Shown: one piece after another, positions 43,909 through 52,935 of the stretch
Numbering within the stretch: the stretch's first letter is position 1
Layout: each line of letters starts with the position of its first letter
IMG/VR virus record: IMGVR_UViG_3300034104_003795
Location: 62,001 to 126,000 of that record
Length of the DNA: 64,000 nucleotides
Reading direction: 5' to 3' (one strand)
The notes under the pieces: model-generated
The model's input: only the letters and a program-made list of their open reading frames with translations
The model's database searches: none
What the model was told of the DNA's origin: nothing
Program-made: the position numbers and the translations under genes

Positions 43909-44400
43909 TTAGAATAAATATTCCAATCCTTTGGTATTCGGTTTTCTCAACTGAATATCCTGTATTGATTGTGGGTTCTTTACTCTGCTATTCTTACGAT
44001 ACCATTCATATAAATCTTCCAACGTTCCCTTCCCCCTACTTCTCTCCATTGCCTTATCCCATAAATCCTTTCCGAATTCCTTTTTTAATTCCATTCTCAA
44101 TTTCCACAATATCATTTCCTCATCTCTGGCAGCTTCCAACTCTAACTTAATAGATTTGATACGTTTCATTCTACTTGCTTCTAATGCAGCCTGTTCTCTA
44201 TTCTTCTCGTCAGTACCACCATAATTTTTATAAGCCTGTTCGTATGCTTTTTGAGAAGTATCTCTCATCTCTTTAGCTTCACCGAACATATACGAATAAT
44301 CAAAATCACCATTTCGTATTTTTAATAACAATGGTGCTTCTGCTTTTAGTGGTTTGTTAGGTCTACCCTTAGTCCACCATCTATAAGGATTATATCCCAT
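43909..44400 (-). CDS. hypothetical protein
   Basis: 163 aa ORF. Confidence 0.7.
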   Translation of the reverse strand: MGYNPYRWWTKGRPNKPLKAEAPLLLKIRNGDFDYSYMFGEAKEMRDTSQKAYEQAYKNYGGTDEKNREQAALEASRMKRIKSIKLELEAARDEEMILWKLRMELKKEFGKDLWDKAMERSRGKGTLEDLYEWYRKNSRVKNPQSIQDIQLRKPNTKGLEYLF

Positions 44401-44403
44401 AAT

Positions 44404-44598
44404 TTATTTATTAATAATAATATAATTTTTAAGAATATGTTGTAACTTACTCATTCCGTTTGTAAGTCCATCCACCTTTTCAATTTCGGAATCATACATA
44501 TCCAATCCTGTTTCAATAATAGATTCGGCTTCAACACAATCAAAGCAATAACCCATTCTTAAATCTTTTTCTCTTTTGCAACATTTACATTGTGCCAT
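44404..44598 (-). CDS. small Zn-binding protein
   Basis: CKCC..LRMGYCFDC. Confidence 0.6.
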   Translation of the reverse strand: MAQCKCCKREKDLRMGYCFDCVEAESIIETGLDMYDSEIEKVDGLTNGMSKLQHILKNYIIINK

Positions 44599-44602
44599 AA
44601 TA

Positions 44603-45019
44603 TTAGTTTACAAGTTCAATTCTGATTGTACCATCTTCATTGAACCATCCTTTTAATTGATATTGTTTATCTGATTCCGATGCTGAACGAAGATACCCTG
44701 CAAAATGTGGTCTATCGTTCATACCCTGCTGATTATACATCTCAAATTCTACATTCATAGTTTTAAGATATGCCGTATCAGGTTGAACACCTATACCCAT
44801 CGGTTTACTATCAATACTCATTTTCTTAAAACCACTCACTTTCATATGTCCGGCAGCTTGTAACTTACCCAAATAGGTTTGTACTTGTGAATCACTCACA
44901 CCATCTTTTTTAGCCTTAACAAGTGCTCGTTCCATTCTCATTTTACGAACTCTCTCCGATGTATATTGTTGTCTTTTAGTTCCTGCAAATCTCATATCAC
45001 TATTGTTGTATAACTTCAT
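44603..45019 (-). CDS. hypothetical protein
   Basis: 138 aa basic ORF. Confidence 0.65.
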   Translation of the reverse strand: MKLYNNSDMRFAGTKRQQYTSERVRKMRMERALVKAKKDGVSDSQVQTYLGKLQAAGHMKVSGFKKMSIDSKPMGIGVQPDTAYLKTMNVEFEMYNQQGMNDRPHFAGYLRSASESDKQYQLKGWFNEDGTIRIELVN

Positions 45020-45020
45020 T

Positions 45021-45302
45021 TTATAGTTCTTGAATTTGTTCCAATATTTTTGTTACATCATCTTCACTCAAATAACCTTCCACATCATTAGTAACTGGTG
45101 TATCATATGCTATGTGCCCATCCTTACCAAACACCGCTAATTCATACAATCCCATATCACCACCGTAGGTATGTGGAGTTTTAACTACACTAGCACCATA
45201 CCCATTATCAAAATAGATACGAGCTTGAACACCACCCAAGTGATTAGGGTGCGGGTTGAATTCCAAATCTTTAAATGTTTTCATCTTAATTAATTTATAC
45301 AA
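45021..45302 (-). CDS. conserved phage protein
   Basis: F.NGYGASVV..YGG..GLYELAV..TP...DV.G.L pattern. Confidence 0.75.
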   Translation of the reverse strand: MYKLIKMKTFKDLEFNPHPNHLGGVQARIYFDNGYGASVVKTPHTYGGDMGLYELAVFGKDGHIAYDTPVTNDVEGYLSEDDVTKILEQIQEL

Positions 45303-45331
45303 ATATACGAAATTATTTCTTATTAACCAAA
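45300..45331 (-). promoter_or_regulatory. Bacteroidota-type promoter
   Basis: TTTG-N20-TATATTTG. Confidence 0.75.
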
Positions 45332-45478
45332 TCTTTTTTATCCCTCTCCATAATGATACGAAGTTGGGACTCTTTGAGTAACTTTACAGGTTCTTTCTTT
45401 TCTTTGGGTTGTTCTTCTGGTATGCGATAATTTTTCACTAACTTATCCATCCAATCTTTTGTTGTATCCTTATTCATA

Positions 45479-45721
45479 TTATCCGATTTTTTTACCTTTT
45501 AATACTTCTTCTCTTAATTGTTGATTTATTTCATCTAAATTAATTTGTCTTCCACTATTAAATTCAAATGATACCCATCCGAATAGAAATCCCAAACTGA
45601 ATTCAATGGTTCTTACTAATACAGGATATCCCTCATCGTTTTTCTTTAAATAACCACTATGTCCAATTTCAAATCCGATGAATGACCTCATCTTGCTAAG
45701 TAAGCTTAAATTTACTTTCAT
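45479..45721 (-). CDS. hypothetical protein
   Basis: 80 aa ORF. Confidence 0.6.
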   Translation of the reverse strand: MKVNLSLLSKMRSFIGFEIGHSGYLKKNDEGYPVLVRTIEFSLGFLFGWVSFEFNSGRQINLDEINQQLREEVLKGKKIG

Positions 45722-45725
45722 ATTA

Positions 45726-46391
45726 TTACTTTAAATTATTCATTTTAATTGCGTTCATAAATTCTTCTCTAATCAAGTTATCACTATCCAAAAATCTTCC
45801 ACTAAATTTGTTTGTAGTCATTAAAGAATCAGGATGTTGAATACCTCTCATACCACAACAAAGGTGATGTCCACTAATTGATACAGCTACACTTTCACAC
45901 TCTAACTTATCAGTTAAGAACTTATGTATTTGTGCAGTTAGTGATTCTTGCATTTGTGGCCTTCTACTAAACCAATCAACAACCCTATTCAACTTACTCA
46001 ATCCAATCACATTCTTTTCAGGAAGATAAGCCACAGCTGCATAACCATAGAACGGTAAGTTGTGGTGTGCGCACATTGAGTTCACTTTGATACCCGTCTG
46101 AATAACAATACCATCATACCCTTCTTCATTTGGGAATGTAGTTATATTCGGTGCTTCAGTCATACTACCTTTTACTAAATCATCTACCCAAGCTTTAGCT
46201 ACCCTCAAAGGAGTTTCTATTGTTTGTGGGTCAGCCTCATAATCAAATCCCAATGATTCTAAAAATAAGCCATAGTATTTAGCGGCATCTCTAATCCTTT
46301 TCTTTTTCTCAAAGGAATCAACTACCTCATTTTCATTTGCCTTCTTTAACATATTCGTATGCTTTAACCGAAAGTAATCCACTGTATTCAC
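45726..46391 (-). CDS. folE: GTP cyclohydrolase I
   Basis: ETP.RVAK, S.CAHH.LPF.G, GLSKL.R, RRPQ.QE, H.CC.MRG. Confidence 0.93.
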   Translation of the reverse strand: MNTVDYFRLKHTNMLKKANENEVVDSFEKKKRIRDAAKYYGLFLESLGFDYEADPQTIETPLRVAKAWVDDLVKGSMTEAPNITTFPNEEGYDGIVIQTGIKVNSMCAHHNLPFYGYAAVAYLPEKNVIGLSKLNRVVDWFSRRPQMQESLTAQIHKFLTDKLECESVAVSISGHHLCCGMRGIQHPDSLMTTNKFSGRFLDSDNLIREEFMNAIKMNNLK

Positions 46392-46488
46392 AATACATTT
46401 CCTCTCTTTCTTTTTCTAATTCTTTTTTAATTTCATCTGAAAAATAAATTCCATTACTTTCCATATCTGCTAATATAATCTTTTCCAT
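46333..46488 (-). CDS. small hypothetical protein
   Basis: MEKIILAD...YCEYSGL.S. Confidence 0.5.
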   Translation of the reverse strand: MEKIILADMESNGIYFSDEIKKELEKEREEMYCEYSGLLSVKAYEYVKEGK

Positions 46489-46509
46489 TTTTTTGGGTTT
46501 GGGATTTAC

Positions 46510-46540
46510 AAAAAATGGTGGATGGCCGAAGCCACCCACC
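46510..46540 (-). terminator. intrinsic terminator
   Basis: GGTGGGTGGC-TTCG-GCCATCCACC followed by ATTTTTT. Confidence 0.85.
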
Positions 46541-46565
46541 TTATGTCTGGATTTAACCCCTTAAA

Positions 46566-47771
46566 TTACCAAACAATCTTCTCACTATCATCTTCGGTTG
46601 GTTCGGTGAATAATGCCTCATCAGCTTTATCATCCTTAATATACTTTTGAACCAACTGCTTCACATACGTTCTTTCACTATCTACACCACCATCGTTAGA
46701 GAAGAATGGGAACATACTAATTTCAGCTGCTTCAAACAAACTGAAACCATCGTATAACAACCCAGCAGTTTCTACACTAGCACGAGTTGAAACACCGGTT
46801 GAAAGTTTACCATCACCTGTCTTTGCAATATCACGAGTGTGAGTAGCAATTTCAGCAACTGCTTTCAAATCTTCTTCATTAACTTGCGGATACATATACT
46901 TTAAGAGATTCAACTCTTGCTCATCATTCAACACATCCATTTCAATTGTAGTGAAACGGTCTAATATCGCTCTATCCAATACTCTAGTTGAAGTATATTC
47001 ACCACCAATGTTAGCGGTAGCGATAAAAGTAACACCATCAGCTACTTTAACAATTGGAGAATCAACAGCCTCATCTAAACGAAGGTAACGTTGTCCCAAA
47101 TCCAATACAGTCATTAGAATATTCCAAGCGTCAGGATGTGCTCTACTCAACTCATCCAATAGGATAACAGCGTTTGGAGTACTAATTGCTTTTACGAAAG
47201 CAGATTCAGCGAAGAATGTACCTTTCTTACTATCAAAGTGTGTGTTACCAATTAGGGTTGCTCTCGCATCTTGCGTTGCACCAAGGTTGAAATAGAAATC
47301 AGGTCTCTTTAAGCCTTTGGTAAGTGCTTTAGCCGCTAATGTCTTACCACAACCAGCCGGTCCTGTCATCATAATATTCTTAGCTCTAACAGCTGAACGA
47401 ATAAGGTATTTCCACTTTAAGTCAGAAATAACCAATCCTTCAGGTTTAAGTTTAACCGATTCGTTATGGATAAAATCGGTAATCTCTTTATGATTATCCA
47501 ACTTCTCTACATTAACTTCGGCGTTACTTTTCAATGGAGCAACCAAGTTATCAAATTCAGTCATATCGGTTAAGCGGTATTGAATCTTACCACCACTACC
47601 AACTACCTTACGAAGTGCTTTACCTGCTTCATAAGCTTTTTTACGAGTAGGAGTACCAATTCCTTGTGTACCTACTATTTTACCAGCAGTATTTGCTAGT
47701 TTGAAATGTGAGCCAATCTTTACAACTTTAAAGATTTGTTTACTCATTTTGTCTACATTAGGCTTTGCCAT
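46566..47771 (-). CDS. MoxR-family AAA+ ATPase (CbbQ/NirQ/CobS-like)
   Basis: GPAGCGKT, ILLDELSR, ATAN.G.EY, LDRA..DRF, STR. Confidence 0.9.
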   Translation of the reverse strand: MAKPNVDKMSKQIFKVVKIGSHFKLANTAGKIVGTQGIGTPTRKKAYEAGKALRKVVGSGGKIQYRLTDMTEFDNLVAPLKSNAEVNVEKLDNHKEITDFIHNESVKLKPEGLVISDLKWKYLIRSAVRAKNIMMTGPAGCGKTLAAKALTKGLKRPDFYFNLGATQDARATLIGNTHFDSKKGTFFAESAFVKAISTPNAVILLDELSRAHPDAWNILMTVLDLGQRYLRLDEAVDSPIVKVADGVTFIATANIGGEYTSTRVLDRAILDRFTTIEMDVLNDEQELNLLKYMYPQVNEEDLKAVAEIATHTRDIAKTGDGKLSTGVSTRASVETAGLLYDGFSLFEAAEISMFPFFSNDGGVDSERTYVKQLVQKYIKDDKADEALFTEPTEDDSEKIVW

Positions 47772-47828
47772 AATTAAGGGGTTTTAATATATAATAATAA
47801 ATGTTTCTTTCTTATCAATCTTACTATG

Positions 47829-47860
47829 TAAAGATACGAAATCTTTTTGAATCTACCAAA
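47829..47860 (-). promoter_or_regulatory. Bacteroidota-type promoter
   Basis: TTTG-N20-TATCTTTA. Confidence 0.8.
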
Positions 47861-47876
47861 TTTATTTTTTGGGGTT

Positions 47877-47942
47877 ATAAGTGGTTGAAAATCAACGAGT
47901 TAGGAGTGATTTTCGTAACTCGTTGATAATCAATCAGTTATG
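47877..47942. repeat. two palindromic repeat copies
   Basis: aagtggttgaaaatcaacgagtta and gtaactcgttgataatcaatcagttat. Confidence 0.75.
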
Positions 47943-50163
47943 AATTTTGTGGTTTGCTCATAAATAATCGGTTCATTGTACGTGCTACCTCATTAACATT
48001 TGTTACGTTAATATAACTAGCAGCAGGTCCATAACACTCTTTGAATGTTCTAGCTGAACCACTACTATTTTCATCCATTTCGTAACTACTATCACTAACG
48101 AAATAACTCAATACTTTGATACCCATACCTTCAATTGATTTCATCATCTTACGAGTATGTTTAGCCGCATTACTACCACTATAACTCATACCCTTTCCAT
48201 GAAAGTAAGGTTCACCATCCGATATGTTTAGGAAGTATGAATCAACTTCACCATTACTACCTACCATTTGTTTCATCACTGCCTCAAAACACAATCCTTC
48301 AGGTGTAGTTCCGTTTGGATGTAAGTAACCAAACAATTGTTTAACCTTCATAAACTTATCAACTCTACTATCGTAAGCCAATACAATGTAAGGTAACTCA
48401 CCGGTTGTTGTACGGAAACTAATCTGAATATTAAGGTTAGGAATCATATCCACTGCCTTAGCCAATGCTACGATGTTAGTCATAGTTTTTCTCCACTTCT
48501 CACCACCCATTGAACCACTAGCATCTACCGAAATATGTAGGTTAGCTTTCTTAAACATATCAATCTCTCTAGTATAGAATACGTGCTCATTACCATAACC
48601 CAACGATGATACCATTCTCTTATCCATCTTACCTACAAGCTGACGGTTAAAGATAGTTTCTCTACTCTCACCTCTAACTTGCATTTTCTTACCCAACAAT
48701 GTGCCGATACGAATACCTTCGGCAACTTCTTTAGAATATTGGTCATACATCGTATCTTCAGTCTTATTATAACGTTTAGATGTAAGTGGGAAGTTTTCTT
48801 GCTCCATTAAGTTACGAGTCATCTTCTTAACCACAACACACTCAATACCTTTGAATGAATTACCATTACCATAATAGTCTTGTGCTACAACTTTCATCTC
48901 TGCACCAGCTTCTTCAATTGATTCCAATTGTTTTGCTTCGGTTGATGATACTTTGGCTTTCTTAATCTTACCACGTAAGAACTCTTTTTGTTTTTCTATC
49001 TTCTTACGAATAATATCAATCTGTCTTTGAGATAAACGTCCTTCCGCCGGCTTACCATTACCTTTACCTTTACCAGGTTTAATAACAATCTTACCCTTCA
49101 CACCTTTACCATCTTCGGCAGGTTCGTTACCATCACCACTCACATCACTATCACCATCATCACCACTACCATTCTCATTATCACCATTCTCACTATCACC
49201 ATCATCGCCACTCATATCAACTTCAATATCATCTTCACCAGCCTCTTGCTCACCTTCACCGGCTTGCCCATTACCGCTACCCTGTCCTTGTCCTTTTTGT
49301 TGTTGTTGTGGAGTAAGTGGTTCGATTGCGTCAATAAGAATAGCGTAAACTTCTAATGCTATTTTAAGTGCATCTTCGGTTGTTTTCAATCTACTAATCT
49401 CATTAAGTTTAATAATCCTAGCAATTTCTGGCATACGTTTCAACGCGTTTGGTTTACTGAACTTTGAATGTAAGTTAATCAAACGGAACATATATGATTC
49501 AAAGTTTTCTTCGGTGAATTCATCCGATTTCATACCCCTATCAATAGCAGGGTCATTGAAGTACTTGTCATACATTGAACGATAGTAATCTCTATAACCG
49601 GGTGCTGATTTGTAGATGAAGTTATCAATCCTTCTATCTTCTACATAGTTCAATATGTCTTTCACAACACCTGCGAAATATGTAACACCCTTTTGATTTG
49701 AAATTTCATCTAAACGTTTGGATTCTTCAATACCAATAATTCTAATGATTACCATTTCCAAATCTCTCAATATGTCAAAGTTGGAAAGTTTAATGTGTGA
49801 ACCTTCGTGAAGTGCCAAACCCACCGCCGGGTCAAACTCCTTTGGTTCAGCGATGTTAGCGGAAATAGTTACTACCTTACCATCGGTATAAGAATCACCT
49901 TTGGTAGAAAACTTAACAGGTATAGATTGACCTGTTACAATAGATACGAAGTTAGCAATCGCTCTACGATGTGCTGCTAACTTATACAAGTTCTTTGTAG
50001 CCAATTCCTTCGTGGAATAAGATGAATATACGGGAGCAGAATAATCCCAATCATCCATCCACCAAGAAGATTTACCATAAGAACTATATGATTTACTTTT
50101 TTTAGATTTGCCACTAACTAGGTGGTCTTTTGTACCTGTCTTAAAATCTGTGTACCAACTCAT
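47938..50163 (-). CDS. VWA domain protein (CobT-like) with N-terminal HExxH domain and acidic Gly/Asp linker
   Basis: ALHEGSH, N..ED.RI, low-complexity D/G/E tract, MIDAS DASGSM, GTTPEG, ISDGEP; start trimmed to MSWYTD. Confidence 0.85.
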   Translation of the reverse strand: MSWYTDFKTGTKDHLVSGKSKKSKSYSSYGKSSWWMDDWDYSAPVYSSYSTKELATKNLYKLAAHRRAIANFVSIVTGQSIPVKFSTKGDSYTDGKVVTISANIAEPKEFDPAVGLALHEGSHIKLSNFDILRDLEMVIIRIIGIEESKRLDEISNQKGVTYFAGVVKDILNYVEDRRIDNFIYKSAPGYRDYYRSMYDKYFNDPAIDRGMKSDEFTEENFESYMFRLINLHSKFSKPNALKRMPEIARIIKLNEISRLKTTEDALKIALEVYAILIDAIEPLTPQQQQKGQGQGSGNGQAGEGEQEAGEDDIEVDMSGDDGDSENGDNENGSGDDGDSDVSGDGNEPAEDGKGVKGKIVIKPGKGKGNGKPAEGRLSQRQIDIIRKKIEKQKEFLRGKIKKAKVSSTEAKQLESIEEAGAEMKVVAQDYYGNGNSFKGIECVVVKKMTRNLMEQENFPLTSKRYNKTEDTMYDQYSKEVAEGIRIGTLLGKKMQVRGESRETIFNRQLVGKMDKRMVSSLGYGNEHVFYTREIDMFKKANLHISVDASGSMGGEKWRKTMTNIVALAKAVDMIPNLNIQISFRTTTGELPYIVLAYDSRVDKFMKVKQLFGYLHPNGTTPEGLCFEAVMKQMVGSNGEVDSYFLNISDGEPYFHGKGMSYSGSNAAKHTRKMMKSIEGMGIKVLSYFVSDSSYEMDENSSGSARTFKECYGPAASYINVTNVNEVARTMNRLFMSKPQNS

Positions 50164-50194
50164 ATAAAGGGGTTTAATTTTGAATGAATATACC

Positions 50195-50226
50195 CAAATA
50201 TACAAAGAAGTTTTCAGACCACCAAA
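50195..50226 (-). promoter_or_regulatory. Bacteroidota-type promoter
   Basis: TTTG-N20-TATATTTG. Confidence 0.75.
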
Positions 50227-50245
50227 TATTTTTTGAAATATTTTT

Positions 50246-50324
50246 TAAGTCATTGGAAATCAATAAGTTATAATACGTTGGAAATCAATGAGTTACATAA
50301 GTCATTGAAAATCAATTAATTACG
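50246..50324. repeat. three palindromic repeat copies
   Basis: aagtcattggaaatcaataagtta, gttggaaatcaatgagttac, aagtcattgaaaatcaattaatta. Confidence 0.8.
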
Positions 50325-51062
50325 CGGGTCCGAATATCCCAGCTCCTTTATTATATCGGATTCCGTTAGAATTTTATTAAGTTCTTCTGGAATATCAACT
50401 TCACCATTCATATTTTGAAACGATTGGTTTATCTGCCAAGTTCTATATGCGTACCTATCGGATTTATAGGTTTCATCGTCTTTTATATTAGCATAATGCT
50501 TGTTAGGCCAATGGATATAATCTTTTGTACGATTTGTAAAAATTTCTTCCGTATAATCCAACTCTAACGTATCCATAAGTTCACGTAACTTTTCAAAATT
50601 ATTTGGAAAGAAATCTTCATATCTAATTGTGTATATATTTGGATAGTTATTATCTCTAGCTTGTCTAAATAATTCAGCAGCAACTTCATATTCCTCCACT
50701 TTAGAATGATATTCGGAATTACCACCATCCACTGTTAAATTATTCATAGGAGTACTCCCTGCCTTAATCATACCCGTATATACATTCCAAGGATTTCTAA
50801 TTACCATAATGATTGTATATTCATAGTACCGAGAATCAGGATGTCTTGTATATGCAATACCACCAGCTCTTATATCAACTGGTAGCATTGGGTATTTTAT
50901 TAAAATGTTTTCTCTATCACCAGAATAATGTATATCTTCTGGTCTTACAAATGGGGTTTCAAAAGGCACTTCGTATAAATTGGAACATTCTCCCAATTTA
51001 GATTTAAGAATAGATGTGCCAGTATGTGGAAAGCCTGTAACTAATATTTTTGTTTTTTTCAA
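50316..51062 (-). CDS. sulfotransferase-like protein
   Basis: VTGFPHTGTS (5'-PSB loop-like), IRNPW.VY.G (3'-PB-like), IRYED. Confidence 0.75.
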   Translation of the reverse strand: MKKTKILVTGFPHTGTSILKSKLGECSNLYEVPFETPFVRPEDIHYSGDRENILIKYPMLPVDIRAGGIAYTRHPDSRYYEYTIIMVIRNPWNVYTGMIKAGSTPMNNLTVDGGNSEYHSKVEEYEVAAELFRQARDNNYPNIYTIRYEDFFPNNFEKLRELMDTLELDYTEEIFTNRTKDYIHWPNKHYANIKDDETYKSDRYAYRTWQINQSFQNMNGEVDIPEELNKILTESDIIKELGYSDPRN

Positions 51063-51073
51063 AATTTTATGTA

Positions 51074-51235
51074 TTAATCAAGTTCTTCATTATCCCATTC
51101 ATCCATTGGAAATGATGACTCAATTTCTTCAAACAAAAATGTTAATTCTTTTCTAGCATCTTCCACTCTACGCCAATCTTCAAATGAAATAGCATCTTCT
51201 AGCATTTCTATTATGTCTTTAATTTTATTTTCCAT
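51074..51235 (-). CDS. small acidic protein (53 aa)
   Basis: MENKIKDIIEMLEDAISFEDW...; below ORF-track cut-off. Confidence 0.5.
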   Translation of the reverse strand: MENKIKDIIEMLEDAISFEDWRRVEDARKELTFLFEEIESSFPMDEWDNEELD

Positions 51236-51276
51236 ATTCATAATACTATATTTTGATTAAATATATCATTGTTGAA

Positions 51277-52092
51277 TTAAACGTTAAAATCATCTTTTAT
51301 AGAACTCTTTTTAAAACTACCATTTGGGTCCGGTAAAAATTCAGTCCTATCACTCCATAGAATTTCTTCTCTAGGTGGTGATATAAATTTGTTATACACT
51401 TCATGTTGAGTTCCTTTGGATATCCTAGTTATAATCATATAATTTGGAAATTCTCTTATTTCCATTTTTATCTTACTAAAATGTACCGATAAAAAATGTT
51501 CGGGTGGAAATGCATAGTGTCCTTGTTTTAAGTATTCCATCATTTGTAAAAATATAAAAGAATAATAATCCATTATTTTTGGCCTACCATACGCAAAACA
51601 ATCATTGATTCCAAAATTATTTGACCAAGTATAAGATTGTACTCTGCCCATTGGTACATTTAAATAATTGTTTAATTGAAGCTCAAAATTTTCATCTAAT
51701 ACAATATCAATACGAGTTCGTATAACAATATCATATTCAATTCCTAATTGTTTTGATAACATATTTGCTCTCCATACTTTATAGTACATAGATAGTTGCC
51801 CAAACGCTTTAGTTGTATTCTGAAAAAGTAAATCTATATTTGTTGGCGATTGTATGTGCATGGATGCGAAATCCTGTGTGGTTTGTTTGAAGATATCATA
51901 ACTTTCTACTTCCAAACGTTTAGGAGTATATACTTTTTCAAATTCTTTTATAGTATCGCCTAATTCAGGATTTTCAATATCCCAAAAAGAAGCATATACA
52001 TCTATATCATACTTCTTAATAAGCTCTGTCCAAAAATTTTTAGTTTCATTTAGGTCTCTCATATGACCTGAAAAACATAACGCTACTCTCAT
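51277..52092 (-). CDS. putative glycosyltransferase-like protein
   Basis: RVALCFSGHMR, YDIVIRTR.D, NDCFAYG, PE..L; paralog of 20108-20833. Confidence 0.6.
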   Translation of the reverse strand: MRVALCFSGHMRDLNETKNFWTELIKKYDIDVYASFWDIENPELGDTIKEFEKVYTPKRLEVESYDIFKQTTQDFASMHIQSPTNIDLLFQNTTKAFGQLSMYYKVWRANMLSKQLGIEYDIVIRTRIDIVLDENFELQLNNYLNVPMGRVQSYTWSNNFGINDCFAYGRPKIMDYYSFIFLQMMEYLKQGHYAFPPEHFLSVHFSKIKMEIREFPNYMIITRISKGTQHEVYNKFISPPREEILWSDRTEFLPDPNGSFKKSSIKDDFNV

Positions 52093-52490
52093 ATTACATT
52101 CGTATTAGTTCTACCATCTTGCCAATAATTCACACCACCATACCAAACAAATATTTCTTCATCCTTTTCAATTCGCCTATTGGAAACAAACTCAAATGTT
52201 TCTTTTTCTAAATTAGAACGCCAATATGCATTTGCACTTTCAGAATGATTATATAAACACCCATATCCCCATGCCAAAACCTGCTTTTGCCATTCCGAAC
52301 CAGCACCTTGTGGCCAGTTAAAACGATAATCATTCATTAAGGGACTCATTTCTCCTTTTTGAATTTTTAAATCATATATAGGGCATTCTTCTATAATTTC
52401 ATTCGCATCTATTATTTCATTTGCGAATATACCATATCCATGTACAGGACTTTTTGAAATATAAATTTTATTTGGTGGATAAATTCTCAT
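52089..52490 (-). CDS. SET domain protein
   Basis: KSPVHGYGIFA, YNHSESANA, R.IEKDEEIFVWYG. Confidence 0.88.
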   Translation of the reverse strand: MRIYPPNKIYISKSPVHGYGIFANEIIDANEIIEECPIYDLKIQKGEMSPLMNDYRFNWPQGAGSEWQKQVLAWGYGCLYNHSESANAYWRSNLEKETFEFVSNRRIEKDEEIFVWYGGVNYWQDGRTNTNVI

Positions 52491-52935
52491 CTTTGTATTT
52501 TTGAATATAATCTGAACATATTCCGCTGCATTTGGAAACGTCATCGTTGTATATTTCAGGCATTACGGCTATACTTTTCTTAATCGGTTGTTTACCAGGA
52601 TAAACCCAAACATAATTAAACGATGTCAAAGTCATTGTATCTTCCTCATGCCAAAACCAATTAATATTGGCCGCCTCATAATCGTTTTCAGTAAGGTATT
52701 CAACAGCCTGCTTATTCTTACAATGTACCCATACTCTAGCACTTCTATCGTCTATCCAATTAAAATCTATTTCGTATTGCGGACCATCATGCCCCAGCCA
52801 CCATTTACCATCTATGTACCAAACATCAACCTCAACATCAAATCCCATTTGAAGTGCATCATCAATATATTCTGGCTTATTTTCAGCTTCTTCTATTTTT
52901 CCGTTTACGTTTCCTCTATGTGATATATAAATCAT
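52468..52935 (-). CDS. PLC-like/glycerophosphodiester phosphodiesterase-like protein
   Basis: ISHRGN, EN.P, GFDVEVDVW, LGHD, HCKN. Confidence 0.75.
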   Translation of the reverse strand: MIYISHRGNVNGKIEEAENKPEYIDDALQMGFDVEVDVWYIDGKWWLGHDGPQYEIDFNWIDDRSARVWVHCKNKQAVEYLTENDYEAANINWFWHEEDTMTLTSFNYVWVYPGKQPIKKSIAVMPEIYNDDVSKCSGICSDYIQKYKDENLSTK

